Below are positions 1 through 13,640 of a stretch of DNA of 64,000 nt, one piece after another. Source of the DNA: Monocercomonoides exilis PA203 (taxonomy: Eukaryota; Protista; Preaxostyla); contig LSRY02000012.1 in the NCBI GenBank assembly GCA_001643675.2, forward strand, positions 806,001 through 870,000. The letters are read 5' to 3'. The position numbers were made by a program, and so were the translations under genes. Position 1 is the stretch's first letter, and each line of letters begins with the position of its first letter. Under the pieces are notes generated by a model. That model was not told the DNA's origin. It worked only from the letters and a program-made list of their open reading frames with translations, and made no database searches.

Positions 1-410
1 CAACGAGGAGTGCAACGTTTGAATAGGGACCGGGGGATGGAATTGGGGGACGTGGAGGAATTTGAAACATATCATCAAGAACATTCAGCAAAAGCGGACG
101 GACTTCCTGAAGGGATTTTCTCATCATAGGTTCTTTTATTCATATAAATGAAGAAATTCTTGTAATTGTTGCGCTGGAAGAGAGCCATTCAAGGTGAATG
201 AAAAGCAAGTCGTGTGCGGAAAGAAGTTTTTTCGTTCCTCTTTTCGGTGTATGATCCATTTTTATTTGAATCAAATCACAATGATTCAAAAGAGTATCAA
301 TGGGAAATCAAAAATGCTCCTGGAATTTTTCAATAAACAATGAATCGAATAGAATCCCATATTATTCTTTCTCAACATTCACTGGATCTTGTTCAATTAA
401 AGTTGACTTA
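1..410 (-). pseudogene. PIF/Harbinger-ISL2EU-like (DDE_Tnp_4) transposase N-terminal part, runs off the window edge
   Basis: Manual minus-strand translation ...FQEHF*FPIDTLL...RGTKKLLSAHDLLFIHLEWLSSSATITRISSFI*IKEP...EVRPLLLNVL...YSNVALLV resembles the HTH_Tnp_4 pattern leading to the first catalytic Asp. Contains internal stops. Confidence 0.5.
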
Positions 411-413
411 TAT

Positions 414-681
414 GAGGGAAAATACGGACTTTCACGCTTTATTTGCACAAGGCAAAGAAAAATTGTTTCACTCATAACTTCATTTCACTTTCTCAGATTT
501 CATAATAAATTTGATTTTCACATCCGTAAACAGGTATCGTTGAAATCAAAACGTAAAGTTTTCCAACATTTCATGAATGATAAAAAATGGACTCATTTTT
601 ATTGTGTTTTTTTATCTCAAAAAGACAATGAAAAGTGCATTATTTTTCAATGAAAACGCCTGAAGTGAAATATTTTGTTCC
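414..681 (+). mobile_element. MITE family A (~268 bp, GRG termini, probable Sola-type)
   Basis: Starts gagggaaaatacgg, ends aatattttgttcc; flanks atat/atgt. Similar over its full length to 15879-16147, 21260-21525 and 42302-42570. Confidence 0.8.
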
Positions 682-1734
682 ATGTCATCACAAATTTATT
701 TATAAATGCTATTTAAGCAAGGAATTGAAGTGAGTTTTTTTTCAACAACAATGAGTTTTCTTTAAAACAGTTTATTCCAAAAAGAGTGACTCTATTCCTT
801 TAAATTTTTATATTCCAATTAAAAATGTTTGTTCCGAATTACCATTGTTTATTCAAAAAAATTATTTTATTTCAATTATAATTTCTAATACCTATTCCAT
901 CAAATGAAAGGCTTTAAATGAATATTTTTTTATTGAAATATACTCAAAGAAATACATTTTGTTTTTCAGTTTGGCTTAACAAAAAATAAATAGTGCATGG
1001 TTTATAGTGAAGAAAAAATCCAAACATTTAACAAAATTCTCACAATTTGCTTTTTTTTATTCAAACAACAATTATTCAAAGAAAAATAATTTGAAAAAGT
1101 TATTTTCGAAAAGTTTCTTGCATCATTTTTTCAATTTTCATTTTATTACATCAAAAACATGAAACTCATTCAATTTCCATTATTTTAGTTAAATTAATGA
1201 CTTCCAAAAGTTATTCGTTTAACAAAACACAAGAAAAAAAAAAACTCAGAAAAAACCCAATATTACGAAAAAGGATCACGAAATGAATATATATGCGATT
1301 TGAGAGCTGAAAAAATGAAAGACAAAGGACAAAACATGGGGAAGATTGGAAGACCATGTGATTAATCAAAAGATAGAGAATTACAGTTGATAGAAATAAT
1401 AGAAAGTTGGAACAATATTCAAACTAAAACAACACATGGAGATATTCCAAAGATGGTTTGATAATGAAAAAAAAAAATACTTAATTTATTTTTTTCTTAT
1501 TCTTGTTTTTGGACATTTCATATCCGATTGCAAAGAGATTTGTGAATAAAAGATTTTGTTGGAAGACAAAGTTTGAAACGGATTATATATTTCGTTTGAA
1601 AGACATAAGCAGCTTAAACCAGTTAATCCTGTACGATTAATTGTTTCAAGAGTCCGAGTATCCATGAAAGAGTAAATTCAGTCGATTTAAATGAAATGGA
1701 AGTATAATATGATGACAAAAAAAAAAAAAGAAAA

Positions 1735-1766
<32 letters not shown>

Positions 1767-2539
1767 AACCATTTTTAATTTTGGTACGAAGGAAAGGCAA
1801 TGTTATTTTTGATGCATCAATAAGTGATATTGATTCTAAGCATTTTGATGTTTCAAAGAAAATAAAAAAATTCGATTCAGGTTCTTCAGAATGTTATTCT
1901 GAGGAATTAAATTCTGAAGCTGATGAAGATTCGTTGGTATCAATCCCTATTTTTTTTTCAGAAAATCAAATGAATCAATCAAGAATATAATTTGAAGAGA
2001 TAAAGAAAAAGAAAAATGAGGAGGATAGCAATAAAACTGTGTTAACAAAGGATTGTTGTTTTCTCACACATCAAAAATTTGAATCAGCAAATGAATAAGT
2101 TTATTAAACTGTTTTAAAGAAGAGAATAAGAAATAGGAAATGATGGCGATGATGATTATGATAAATAAAAAACAAACTTCGCTTTTTCGGAGGAACTTAA
2201 TTATCTTCCAAAATAAAATGGAACACGTTTATTGAAAAAATCAAAAATTTCACAGTGATTATTTCTTCAGCTGAGGACCAAAATTCGTAATCAATAGTTA
2301 ACAAAATAAATATTGCTGGAAAATTCACATTCGTGCTATTTTTTTATAATGTGAAAATTTTAAATTTTTCAAATTGTCTTTTTTTCTCTTTTAAAAATTA
2401 TAATTACAACTCACATAATTTTTTTTAAAAAATGATTATTTATTCCATATTTTCTGTTGGAAATTTCGGTTGGATAATTTTCTGTAGATATTGATAAATG
2501 AACACCTTTTTGTTACAGCTTTATAGAAATATAATACAT

Positions 2540-2943
2540 GGGTGATTATTTTTGAAATCATAACTTTTTTTGGTGTGTTGTTTTTTCAAAGACAGTTTAT
2601 CGTTTGGAAGAAATTTAGTATTCAAATTGAAAAATAATAACAACTGTTGAAAAAACAGATGTTTTTACTCAAATAAAGATGAAGATGTCTATCAAAGAAC
2701 TTTTCTAACTTTTCAATGAACTTTTCTTGAAATTCAAGTGGAAATTTCGAACAGAAATCTTTCGAATGAAAAAATTTGATTACAAAAATAATTACCAGAT
2801 ATTCATTTTTTATTCTTTCATATTGTTATTTTCACATTTATGTGACATATTTCATTTTTTAAATAGGTATCTTTCCAAAGAAGTTTAATATTTTAAGAAT
2901 CAACACTCTGAAAATTTAAATATGACTTCATAAATAGTCACCT
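2540..2943. mobile_element. MITE, long variant of family B (Sola-type ends)
   Basis: Imperfect TIR gggtgattatttttgaaatcata ... tatgacttcataaatagtcacct. Confidence 0.6.
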
Positions 2944-4995
2944 ATGCACAAAAAATTAAACCACATAATAAATGACACAATATTTTTTGAGATTTCATTC
3001 AATTTTGGATGTTTTTTTCTCGGTTCTCAGTGTTTGAAATAATTGAAACGAAAATAAATTTGAACAATGAAATATTGTTAATCTGAGAAAACATATATCT
3101 CAAGGTTTGGAACAGAAAAAAAAATTCTGGAGAAAGAAATTATTAAAAAAAGTATTTATTATTTGCATGCGATTTCTCAAATCCAAAAATTAGAAAAACG
3201 AAAACGAAAAAGAAAAAGAAAAAGAAAAAGAAAAAGTAAAAGAATAGAAAAGTGAACATTTCATTCAAGTGAATAAACGTAATGTTTGATAGAGCTGTTG
3301 CAGCTAGTAAAAGTTCATTGTAGTGAAAGTTTCAATTTTGTTTTTAAATTCTTCTCAATTTTATGGTGTCTTTATGCATCGTGTGGAACAACGTTGGAGT
3401 TTTTTGTTATTCATTCAACATATAATCTCAGAGTTTCGTTTGTTTAATGCAGTGACCAGAAATTTTTGCACTGATGGTTTTTCTTCACAGAAAAAGGCAA
3501 TTGTTCAATTATCTGAGTTCAAAAAAACTTGCTCAGGAAGTTCCGAAAGCAATGAACAATCATTTTATCCAGTTCATATTCATTGCTTCAACCATCATTC
3601 AAATTTTTTTTATTTTAAATGCTTTTTCAAAAATGCAATTCAATATTTCGATCAAACAAAAGTTACAAGATTTTTCATAACTTTCCCATATTTAATCAGT
3701 TTGAACACTCTTGAAAAAGCGCATTCCTTCATTCGTAACAACAAGATGAATGAGATAATAAAATGTTGCTTTGTTTATTTGGGAAAAGTTCGATATTGTT
3801 GTTCATGAGAGATTTATCGATTATTCAAGCTTGTTTTAATCAAAACTGAATTTTTTTTATCTCTTCGAAATTTGCAAAAACAAAAGTTTGAAAACGACAG
3901 AACAAAGCTTTTTCAAGTGATTCCTTATTTACTCGATTCATTTGATTATCAATTTTATATTTCCAAGCATCATTTGTTTCAAGATGCGAAATGGCACAAC
4001 GCAATCACATCCGTTATTATTTTGAAACATAATGATTTCTTGACAAGGATTCGGTGAGAACACTTGTCACTTTCTTATTCATTAACATCAGAAGGAATAC
4101 AACTGATTAGAAAGCAAACATTTCCGAGAACTCAACTTTCTTCATCTTTTCCATTGGAGTGTACCATTCAACAATCAGATGCAAACGAAACAACAATAAT
4201 AAATCAATCTCAATCTTTCCCCGTTTCAATTTTTCATCCTTGGCCTTTTCCATTTGATATTTCTAAAAAAACATGTTTTGTATCATAAAATATGTTTTCT
4301 TTCGATTCAACGATTTCCTTTTTAAGTGAAGATACTCGTGATATATATGATCTTTCAATTCCAAAAAGAAAACAAGTTTGCTGAGTCAAACAAAATTCGT
4401 CAATCAAAAACAATAGTCTGCAACTAATATATCTTATTTTTTTAAGTTTTATTATAATAATAATTATTATTTAAAAATTTTTTGGTTCAGAAAATAAAAA
4501 TGAGGAATTTATTGAGATCGAAAAACTTATAAAAGTAATTGAAGAAAAAGAAAAAGAAGATTTAACGAAAATTGGTGAATTGAAGGGTTTGGAAAACAGT
4601 GAAAGCGAAGAAAGCGACGAATACGGTCAAACACAAGCAGAAAACGATGCGACAAATGACGTATATGATTGTTTATTTCATCAAGAATTGAATCCAAAAA
4701 AAAAAAAAAAAATGCTTCATAAAGTCAGGAAAATTTAGCATCATTATTTTCCTCTTTTTTTTCAAAATCATTAGCTTTGATTTTTGGTGCTGTTTGTTTT
4801 TGTTGCAGAGTCACAATTGTTATGCTTCTGAAATATCTGACAATTTCGAGTAAAATTCCAATTTTTGATTACGCTCATTAAATTTCAATAGAATGGATAC
4901 ATATCCTTTGCATTTCCATTAAAACAATTTTGTTGAAATATTATTTTGTTGATATTTATTTTAAAGAGTCGCTAAGCAAAAATTTTTATATATTA

Positions 4996-5229
4996 AAATT
5001 TTTTTGAAAAGTTCATTTTGTTAAATTATCAGGTAAAATAGAAAAATGAGTATTTTCTTCAATTTTTCATTCCAACTCACCAAAATATATTTGAATGTGA
5101 ATATTAACATTATCAAGCATTAATCCACATGTTGGAAAATTTTTGTGAGTTGGAATGAAATTATGAAGAAAATATTTATTTTTTATATGCACATGAAAAT
5201 TTAACAAAAAGAGCTTTTCAAAAAATTTT
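4996..5229. repeat. Degenerate palindromic MITE remnant
   Basis: Inverted arms tttttgaaaagttc/gagcttttcaaaaa and ttcattccaactcac/gtgagttggaatgaa; abuts MITE B. Confidence 0.55.
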
Positions 5230-5237
5230 CGACATAT

Positions 5238-5493
5238 GGGTGATGATTTTTGAAATCATATTATTTCGTTCAAGTATATCGGTTTGACAGTTTTATTTTT
5301 GATTATTGAAAATAAACATAGAAAAGAAAAGACTCCAATTTTGAGAATTTTCTATCATTCTTTTTCATCAACTGTGGCTTTAGAAACGATTGGTTAACAT
5401 TTCATATTTGATAATTAATTATTTTGCAAATGATATTAGATTTTCAAATAATCAACACCCCGAAAAAAGTTATGATTTCAAAAATAATCACCC
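5238..5493. mobile_element. MITE family B (~256 bp)
   Basis: TIR gggtgatgatttttgaaatcata / tatgatttcaaaaataatcaccc; flanks atat/aaat. Confidence 0.8.
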
Positions 5494-5929
5494 AAATGAA
5501 AATTTAAAATATCATTTCAAAAAATATTTTTTAAAATAAACCTTTTTCCTCTGATTATATGAAATATTATTCTACATGAAGTAGTAATTTTTCGTTTAAG
5601 AGAATGAATTATTAAATCAATTATTCAATTTCTGTTTCTGAATACTTGAACGTTGATTGATTCTCTTAACAAAGTTTTTTCTCTCTCCTATCATCGTTTC
5701 GTTCTTACCTTTATAGATTTGATATCCAATAAAATATCTCCATCCAAATATTCCTTTCTAAGACCCAAATATTTTGCATCGTAATTACATCCAATTTTTC
5801 ATCAGTTAATAGTTGATAAATACATTTCCGAGCTGCTTATAATGCAGACTCCCCTTTTTCCTTTTTAATATATTCACTTTTGATGTATTTTTCTGCAGCC
5901 ATCCTATTCAATTATATTGCAAACAAATA

Positions 5930-7432
5930 TGGTTAATGCAAAAAACTACAAAAATTCTTTATCACATCCAAGACATACGTGTTTAATGTTTCATTAGTCA
6001 TTTGATTGTTCCATTTTGAATTTTTTCAACAGAAGTTATGAAAAACAGATAGCTCCTCCAAATTTGTATCAAATAATGAATCCTCCTCCACAACTTCATC
6101 CGGAAAGTTCAATCTATTTGCAACTATTGTTGCTTTTTGAGGTTTTTTGTCAAATTCATCTTAAACTTCACCACTTTCCGTCCATTTTTATACGTAAGCA
6201 GTTGCCATCATAACCGATTCTTTTTGATCTGGATTGTTTCCGATTTTTAAAAATGCAGAACAAATGAAACCAGATTGAAGTGAATGAAAACCAAACATTG
6301 TTTCTGGGTGGCCAGCCATTCTTGTAGCTTTTTTGAAGTCTCACCCTCACGGCACCCTTCCTAAATCCCCAAAGAGTTGCATTTTCCAAGTTTCCAAGAT
6401 TCTTGTCATCAAAAAAAATTAAACTCAATCCATATTCTTGAACCAAATATTTCTCCAGCCACAACACAACATTCAATGTTTGTTTTTTGCTTATGTCCCC
6501 CTCCACAGTAACACATTGATCATCATTTTTTGTTCCTTTTCCATATCTCAATCTCACCGTCACTTTCACAAATGTTGAACCTTCTATTGCAAAAACTCTG
6601 ACAATATCCTTTAAGCACACATGTGAACAAGAATAACTTTTTTGATCCAGTTGAAAGAGCAAAAAGAAACAATGATGCCTCTTTTGGTTTTTTTTAAATA
6701 TCCAATCAATTATTTAACTCAAAATTCTTTTCGAATCCCAACAATGCATGATTCTTTTTTGAATTTAAGTTGATTTGAATCATCTCCTCCTTCTTACTAC
6801 TTGATAGCTTTTGTATATAAAACTTCCGCTTTTGCATGCTTTTCCATTAACCTTTCATCTGATGATACAAATCTCATCGTTCGTATTTCAGAAATTTTGA
6901 AAATCGATGGTATTGTGACTGATACAATAGAATCATATGAATAATCAAATGCAATTCCAAGAAGTTTCACAAATCCACACATGGCTTTTGTGTCAAGCGG
7001 AAAAGGTTCAAAATGAAATGCTTGACAGAACAAAATTTACATAACAAACGACCACCTATGACTTTTGATCATTTCCTGTGAAGATAGCAAACCCCTTTTG
7101 AGATGAGGGTTAAACACATCATTTCCATATGTTCTTAATCCTCTGCAAAAATTTGTGGGACTATGCAGATAATATCGAGGAATGTTCAACAATGGTGATG
7201 GACTTGCATGTGATGAAAAATTTAATCCATGTAATGGAGTTGTCGAAACATCACCATATATATCTTCGACAGTCGAAGCAATTTTTGCAGTTTCCTCATA
7301 TGAAACAAAATCCATTTCATAAGAAGGATTTTGTGACATTTCTTTCAAGTGATTTTGAATACTAATAAAATGGATTTTTTTTCGATTTTTGATAAAATCA
7401 TTTTTGAGTTCCTCCTCAAAATCAATTGCCAA
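5930..7432 (-). pseudogene. Orphan tyrosine recombinase (Crypton-like), degenerate
   Basis: Across frameshifts: core-binding-like FCQAFHFEPFPLD...GFVKLL...YSYDSI; box I-like FLFALSTGSKS...VCLKDI; RYGKGTK; box II-like FGFHSLQSGFICSAFL (HSLR degenerated) near 6250-6297. No RT adjacent. Confidence 0.65.
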
Positions 7433-7489
7433 ATTGTAATAAAATCCCTTATCCTTACAGTTGAAGAGCTTATTAATTCTTTCTTGTTG

Positions 7490-7540
<51 letters not shown>

Positions 7541-7569
7541 TTTTTTTTTTTTTTTTTTTGTTTTTTTTG
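7490..7569. repeat. (TTTA)n microsatellite plus poly-T
   Basis: Seen directly. Similar tracts near 8980-9100, 11078-11185 and 26712-26812. Confidence 0.9.
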
Positions 7570-8126
7570 AAAATAAGAGTTCTTTTTGATATTAAGTTTT
7601 ATTTTGCTTCGCCTTTTATTTTATGAACATTTTCAATGTTTTTATCATTTAAAGATATCATTAACTGTGAACTTTTTTGAGAAAACAAAAATAAATCAGT
7701 CGTTATATTATCGATAATAATTTTTCAAAAAAAAAATGTTTTTTGAACCATGAAATTTTTATCCATTTCATTTCTTTTATTTTTTGATATTTGTATTTGG
7801 AGAACATCAAAATATTCATTATATTGCATTCAACAAACCAGATAATTTATATGAAATTACAATTGTGAATCACATAAATTTTTGTTAATGAGATATGCAA
7901 TAAAACAAATATGAAAATGAAGAATAATGACATGCATTAACAAAATTTTCTTATTATATGAAAAGAGCATTAATATAGAATAAAAAATAACCTCGTTTCC
8001 ATTGAATAAAAAATTCAACTAAAAAAATACTTCTTCATATATATCTTTCAATTATTTATCTTCATTGATATTTACGGATGTTTCCATACCGTCATCATCA
8101 TTCTTGGCATAATCAGAATTATATGT

Positions 8127-8384
8127 GGGAAATTATTTTTGAAATCAAATATTTTCGATCAAATAATTAGGTTTGATAATTTTGTTTTGAATTTAAGTTT
8201 ATGCACACAGAAAAGTGACAACTCCATTTAAAAACCTTCACTATCTTTCTTTATCACTAAATTTTGACATTTGAAACAATTGAAAGATTTTTTTCATTTC
8301 ATAGATAAATAACTTTTCTCTGACAATGAATTTTCATTATTATAATCACCTTGAAAAAATTTATGATTTCAAAAATCATCACCC
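8127..8384. mobile_element. MITE family B
   Basis: gggaaattatttttgaaatc ... gatttcaaaaatcatcaccc; flanks atgt/atat; interior similar to 5238-5493. Confidence 0.75.
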
Positions 8385-9038
8385 ATATGGATATGTGAAT
8401 TAACAAATTAAAATTTGCAAAAATTAATACAACAAAATTTCACAATTCAGTGAGCAGAAAATGTTCAGATCCAACTTTCATGAGTTTATTTGCATATTTG
8501 ATTTTTACCACAAAAATTGAAAAGATTATATACAAATAAATATACAAATATAATCTTTATTTTCATCATTGGAAATTTTGAAAAGGTGAAACTGAAATGG
8601 AAACAATTCTTTGTGTTCTTTACGAATGCTGAAAAAGCATTATTTGGAAATAATTGTTTCGAATATGTACAAGATTACCAATTGTGATATTTTGTTTTTT
8701 CATATATCATTTGAGAAAAAAAATAAAATATGATATTTGTACTTGCTTTATAATAATTGATGTGCATAGTGACTTAGAAAAGATATAAGAAAAGTTCGAT
8801 AAGAATATGACATTTAAGAAACAAAAATACAAAAAGATGTATCAAATGATGATTTTGAATTTTTTAACTCAAAACATCATCCAATAACAATTGATCAACA
8901 ATCATCACCAATCTTTATCGATTTTGATAAAATTCAAACTCTTTCAAATGAATTCTCAGTTTCAAAGTTAAAAGCAATCAAAAAAAAAAAAAAATGAAAA
9001 TGAAAATGAAAATGAAAATGAAAATAAAATAAAAAAAA

Positions 9039-9097
<59 letters not shown>

Positions 9098-9519
9098 AGA
9101 TAATAAAAAAACATCTGAACACATAAAACCTAATAATTATATTGTTCAAGGTCTATAATATGAACTAAAGGCTGGTTTTTATGCAATTACAAAAACTCAT
9201 TCACTTATTCAACAAACATCAAAACATCAAGATTATTTAACAAAACAAAAAAAAAACACAAATTTTGTTCAGAACTTATTCATCAGTTCAAACATAATCG
9301 ATTCTGCTCTGCACATTCTCTGATTTTTTTTTCACCATTTTCTTCCATTCACCTCAATCCATCAAGCACTGCAGCAACTCAGCCAACTTCTGCTTCATTT
9401 CCTTCTTCATTAAATGTTGATGAAATTACTAATGAATGTGATTTGTCATCAACGTTTCTGATAAGTTTCCTTTTTTGAATTTTATTGAAAGACTGAATTT
9501 GTTTTTTCATTTCATTCTT

Positions 9520-10730
9520 CATTCAAAAAAATTGATATTCCAAAAGAGTAATAATTGTTCAAGATCATTAAAAATTATTTGAATAAAATATATGGACAAA
9601 CAATTCCTTTTAAAATGATAATGATTATTGGTGAGAATGGCTTCCAAGAGAAAAGAGAATATATTTTGGTACAAAAGACGAATTGAACAGGAAAATGAAA
9701 AAAGAAGCTGATGACAAAATTTGAAAATCTTTGTTCTGCAGATTGGCAGTCAACATTGAAAAGGCAAATAAAAGAACCGATATTGGGTAATATTTTTTTG
9801 AAAAGTCGTAAATTTTTAATTTTCCAATAAATCAAAAATTTCATATTTTGCTCAAATTTCTGTTTCCACTCACGAATTTTCTTCAGAAGGAATGAAATAG
9901 CATTACCCAGAAATAGATTCTATATAAGTGAAGTTTGGAGCATGCCAACAAAAAATTGAGCAAAATATGTTATTTTTGATATTTTTGAAAATTGAACATT
10001 TACGACTTTTCAAAAAGAATTACTCATATGTGTAATCTTTGCATTAGAAAAGAATTAACGGGGAAAAAAAAAAGAAAAAACAAATATTTTAACATCATCA
10101 GAATTTCAAAAAAAAAACTTTGAATATTCATCTCACTGTTCAGAAGTTTCAGATCAAGAAGTTTAATGAAGAAGTCGCGAATTTTCAAGATAATGAATTT
10201 TTGGCTTTTTTCGATTTCAAACTAAATTGGACTTTTCCAATTAAACAAACTCAAGAAAGCAGAGATTATTATTCAAAAAAAGAAATATCACACCTCTGAG
10301 TAATTATTCATCATTTAAAGAAGAGTGGAAAATCGAAGACTTGCTTTCATTTCATCTCTGAAGTTTTGTCGAAAGATAGCCGGTTAGCTATCGATTGCTT
10401 GAAGATTGCTCTTCAGAATTTGCTATCATTGATAAATAATCATTCACATCTGAAAGTGTGGGCAGACTGCGGCCCACTTCAGAAACGGCTGCTTTCGACA
10501 TTATATGCTATATCCGTCTTAAACCCTTCACAAAACTTTTGAAACAACCTCTCTTTCATTTTTCGGAGAAGGTCACGGGAAAAGCGAGGTTGATGGTGAA
10601 TTTAGCTTCCTTTCGAGAATCATTCAAAGATCTCGTATGGACATATCCACCCTCATGGATTTGATAACTTTCTTTCAAAAAGTGTGCTCAAAAATTGAAA
10701 GAAAGGAGGATGAAAGCTTGGAAAGATTCT
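9520..10730 (+). pseudogene. Sola-like transposase catalytic region, degenerate
   Basis: RTD-[MITE]-CNLC...FDFKLNWTFPIKQTQESRDYYSKKEISHL...EVLSKDSRLAIDCL...WADCGP/FRNG...FFGEGHGKSEVDGEF, collinear with ORF 43898-45613. Has stops and frameshifts. Confidence 0.85.
9785..10025. mobile_element. MITE family C (~240 bp) inserted in the Sola relic
   Basis: TIR gggtaatatttttttgaaaagtcgtaaat / atttacgacttttcaaaaagaattactc; splits the RTDxCNLC motif; inverted copy at 33954-34193. Confidence 0.8.
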
Positions 10731-11559
10731 ATTTCAATTGTTCTTTCAGAATCAAACAAAATACAAACCTGAAGCTTGCAGCGAAAAACATAACTTTTTA
10801 TTTGTTCTTTATCTCAGCACACAAACTTTCATGATTATTTATTTTTTTCCCCGGGTTGCTTTAACTATTATTATAATTATTTTTGTTTTTGCAAAACAAA
10901 ATTTTCACAATTCATTTCTAATTATTATATGATGTTTGTTCACATGAAAGAGAAAATTTCAAATTCGAGAAAAACTTCAATGTGCTAGTGATTTGAAGCA
11001 TCAAGTCATATCTGCAGTTCGTTTCAAAAACAATAATCTTTAAAATAAAGAAAATGAAAAGATGAATTGCAATCGTTGAAAAAAAAAAAATAAAAATAAA
11101 AAATAAAAAAAAAAAAAAAAAAATAAAAAATAATAAAAAAATAAAAAAAAAATAAAAAATAAAAAATAAAAATAAAAATAAAAATACTCAAATGGTGTTT
11201 TGTGGATAATAAAAAAAGGATTCAATGCGAAATTAAACTGGGCATGTGAAAGTGGTTTGGTTGCTTTGAATGAAAAACAAAATTTTGACAGAATTTGTTG
11301 TGTAACTGATTAATATCAGAAAATCCAAAAATGAGTTTTTTGTCTATATGATCATAGATTTTTATTCAAAACATAATTAGAATGTCGTTAAGAGAAGAAA
11401 TCATGTGAAAACAACATTTGTAATAACCAAAAAATGGACCAGTTATTTGAATAAAGGGTGTAATTCATTTATTTATCTAAAGACAAACCCTTTTGAAAAA
11501 ATAAATCATCAGTATTGAAATAGTTGACCATGTCTTTAAAAGTGATCAAGCTTGGAAAT

Positions 11560-12330
11560 GGCTTTTGAAAAAAAAAGTTGAAAAAAACATTTATTGTGCA
11601 AAATTCGCAGAAAAGCATTGAAACTGGGAAATGATGGATTGAAATTTAACTATTGGAATTGTTGAAAGAAACAAACAAAACGATACGTGCAAAAGGATTC
11701 AAACAAAACACAATTGAAGATTGAAATCAGAAAATTTATTTTGATTATCTTGTTACTGTTGATGAGAGTAATAGCAAATCAAATTAATATTACGATTGGA
11801 GTGCGCATGCTGTTGAAGGTTATAGGAGTTATGTATTGAGATGTGCATGTTCGGATCTTATTAGCATGGATTTTTTTGTGTTTGGTGGAATGGGAAAGGT
11901 TGTGGAAATAGATGAATGGGTGTGGAGAAGAACAAAATTCAAAAGATGGTGAAGAAAAAAACTGAATAAAAATCTAATGTTTTGTGCTTAGAATTGACTA
12001 ACCTTCAAATACACAAAACGGCTTGGTTTTATTGTTCCACATCGTAATTTTTTTGACACTATTATTTCTCAAATAAAATTTTTCATTCTTCCGGGAACAA
12101 CCGTAATGAGCGACAAGTGAAAAGCATTTTTTCATTCCGATTGCCTCATCTGCAAGATAGTGCTCCACAAAAGGCATAATATGGATTCACAATATTGCGC
12201 TTGCACAAATATTGTCGAGCATATGAGCTTTCATTTATAAAAACATTGAACAAAACATGAAGCTTTGAAATGACGCTTGAAAGTTTATAGAACATTATGG
12301 ATTTCAAAATATGTATTTGGAATCACACTC
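11560..12330 (+). pseudogene. Merlin/ISXO2-like transposase relic
   Basis: FGGMGKVVEIDEWVWRRTKFKR ... ILPGTTVMSDK*KAF; many stops. Confidence 0.75.
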
Positions 12331-12899
12331 GAATAAGTGGCAGGCATTGTCGTTTGTTGGAAAACTATTTGGGAACGTTTAATGCTAAATCCGGTGATTA
12401 GAGCAGCAGTAAATATGTCACAGATGGATCTGAGTGAAAAGAATGAAAAGATGATGGAAAAAAATATTATTTTTTTCATTTTTTCTGAACTGAAGTGATT
12501 ATAAACTCATGATCACTTGTTTTTGTGAAAATTCAAAATACATTTTTTGAAATTTTCTGTTATTTTTTTCGAAGATAAATTAATATAAAAATGAAATATT
12601 GAATGTTTGTTACAACGATAACATAAATTTATTCATATCTAATGAAATATCAAAATTTTCAAACTGATAAATAAGACAAATTGATTAACCGCGATAGTTG
12701 TTGATATCTTTTTTTTTTGTTGCATACATTCATTTATCATTCAAAGATGCAAAATAAAACCACACTGGCACATATTCATCGAAAACAACAAATAAATTTT
12801 GGGTTTAATTTCTCGATTTATTTTCTTTTTAAGGGTAGTTAAAGGGCTTGGATTTGCACTTGAATTAATTTTTGTTTGCTTTGTCTTGTTTTAGAGTTG

Positions 12900-13640
12900 G
12901 AGAGAAAAACAAAAGCATATTTTGTCGACAGAATATTTATCGGTGAAACTATGGTGCAGGTGGTTGGATTTCTCTCATTTTTTCAAATGTGACTATGGAT
13001 TAAATCCCATCACCCTCTTTCGATTTTATTTCCAAATTTACAATAATTATCAGATTTTTCTTCATTCACACTTTCCTGAAAATGATGACTTTGGATCGTT
13101 TGAATGATGTTGATATATCAGAATGAGCAGATGAATAAAGACTGCTGTTTCTTTTTGGGCAAATACAGCTCAAAGAATAAGATATGAATTATTGCAAACA
13201 GAACCATTGTCACTTGGAGGAAAAAATATGAGAGTTGAAAATGATGAAATGTTGCTTCGTCGAAGAAGAAACAAAAGAGGAATAATAAAAAAACGGATTT
13301 GGCTTTTCTGAATGGTTGAAAAAAATGATTAATGCAAACAACGTAATTTTTCAATTGTCAAGGTGAGAAATAGAAAAAAAAGAAAGCCTAATTCAAATTA
13401 TTATAACAAACATAAGAGATGACAGCATAATTTTCTCCGATGAATAGCCTGCATATTGATCATAACCTGAATATGGATATTAAAGCAAGACAGTGTGTAA
13501 CAAGTATTGATAAAGAACTGAAGATGGAGTTTTCACAAATGCAATCAAAGGAATATGGTTTTAATTTTGAAAATACATATCCATAACAAAAATACGATAT
13601 CGGTTTTTTGATGATTCGATAGAAGAATTTATTTCTTTCA
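12900..13640 (+). pseudogene. Merlin/ISXO2-like transposase relic
   Basis: TAVSFWANTAQRIRYELLQTEPLSLGGKNMRVENDEMLLRRRRNKRG ... IFSDE*PAY ... TVC. Confidence 0.7.

Noticed and set aside
1283-2100. Second ORF of the Harbinger-like element
   Set aside because: Coding-like relic with an acidic tail but no recognisable Myb/SANT or YqaJ motif.
3300-4400. Possible Ulp1-like protease (minus-strand QNNNGCDCVV near 3995-4025)
   Set aside because: No upstream HW/D motifs found; the region is too decayed to assign.
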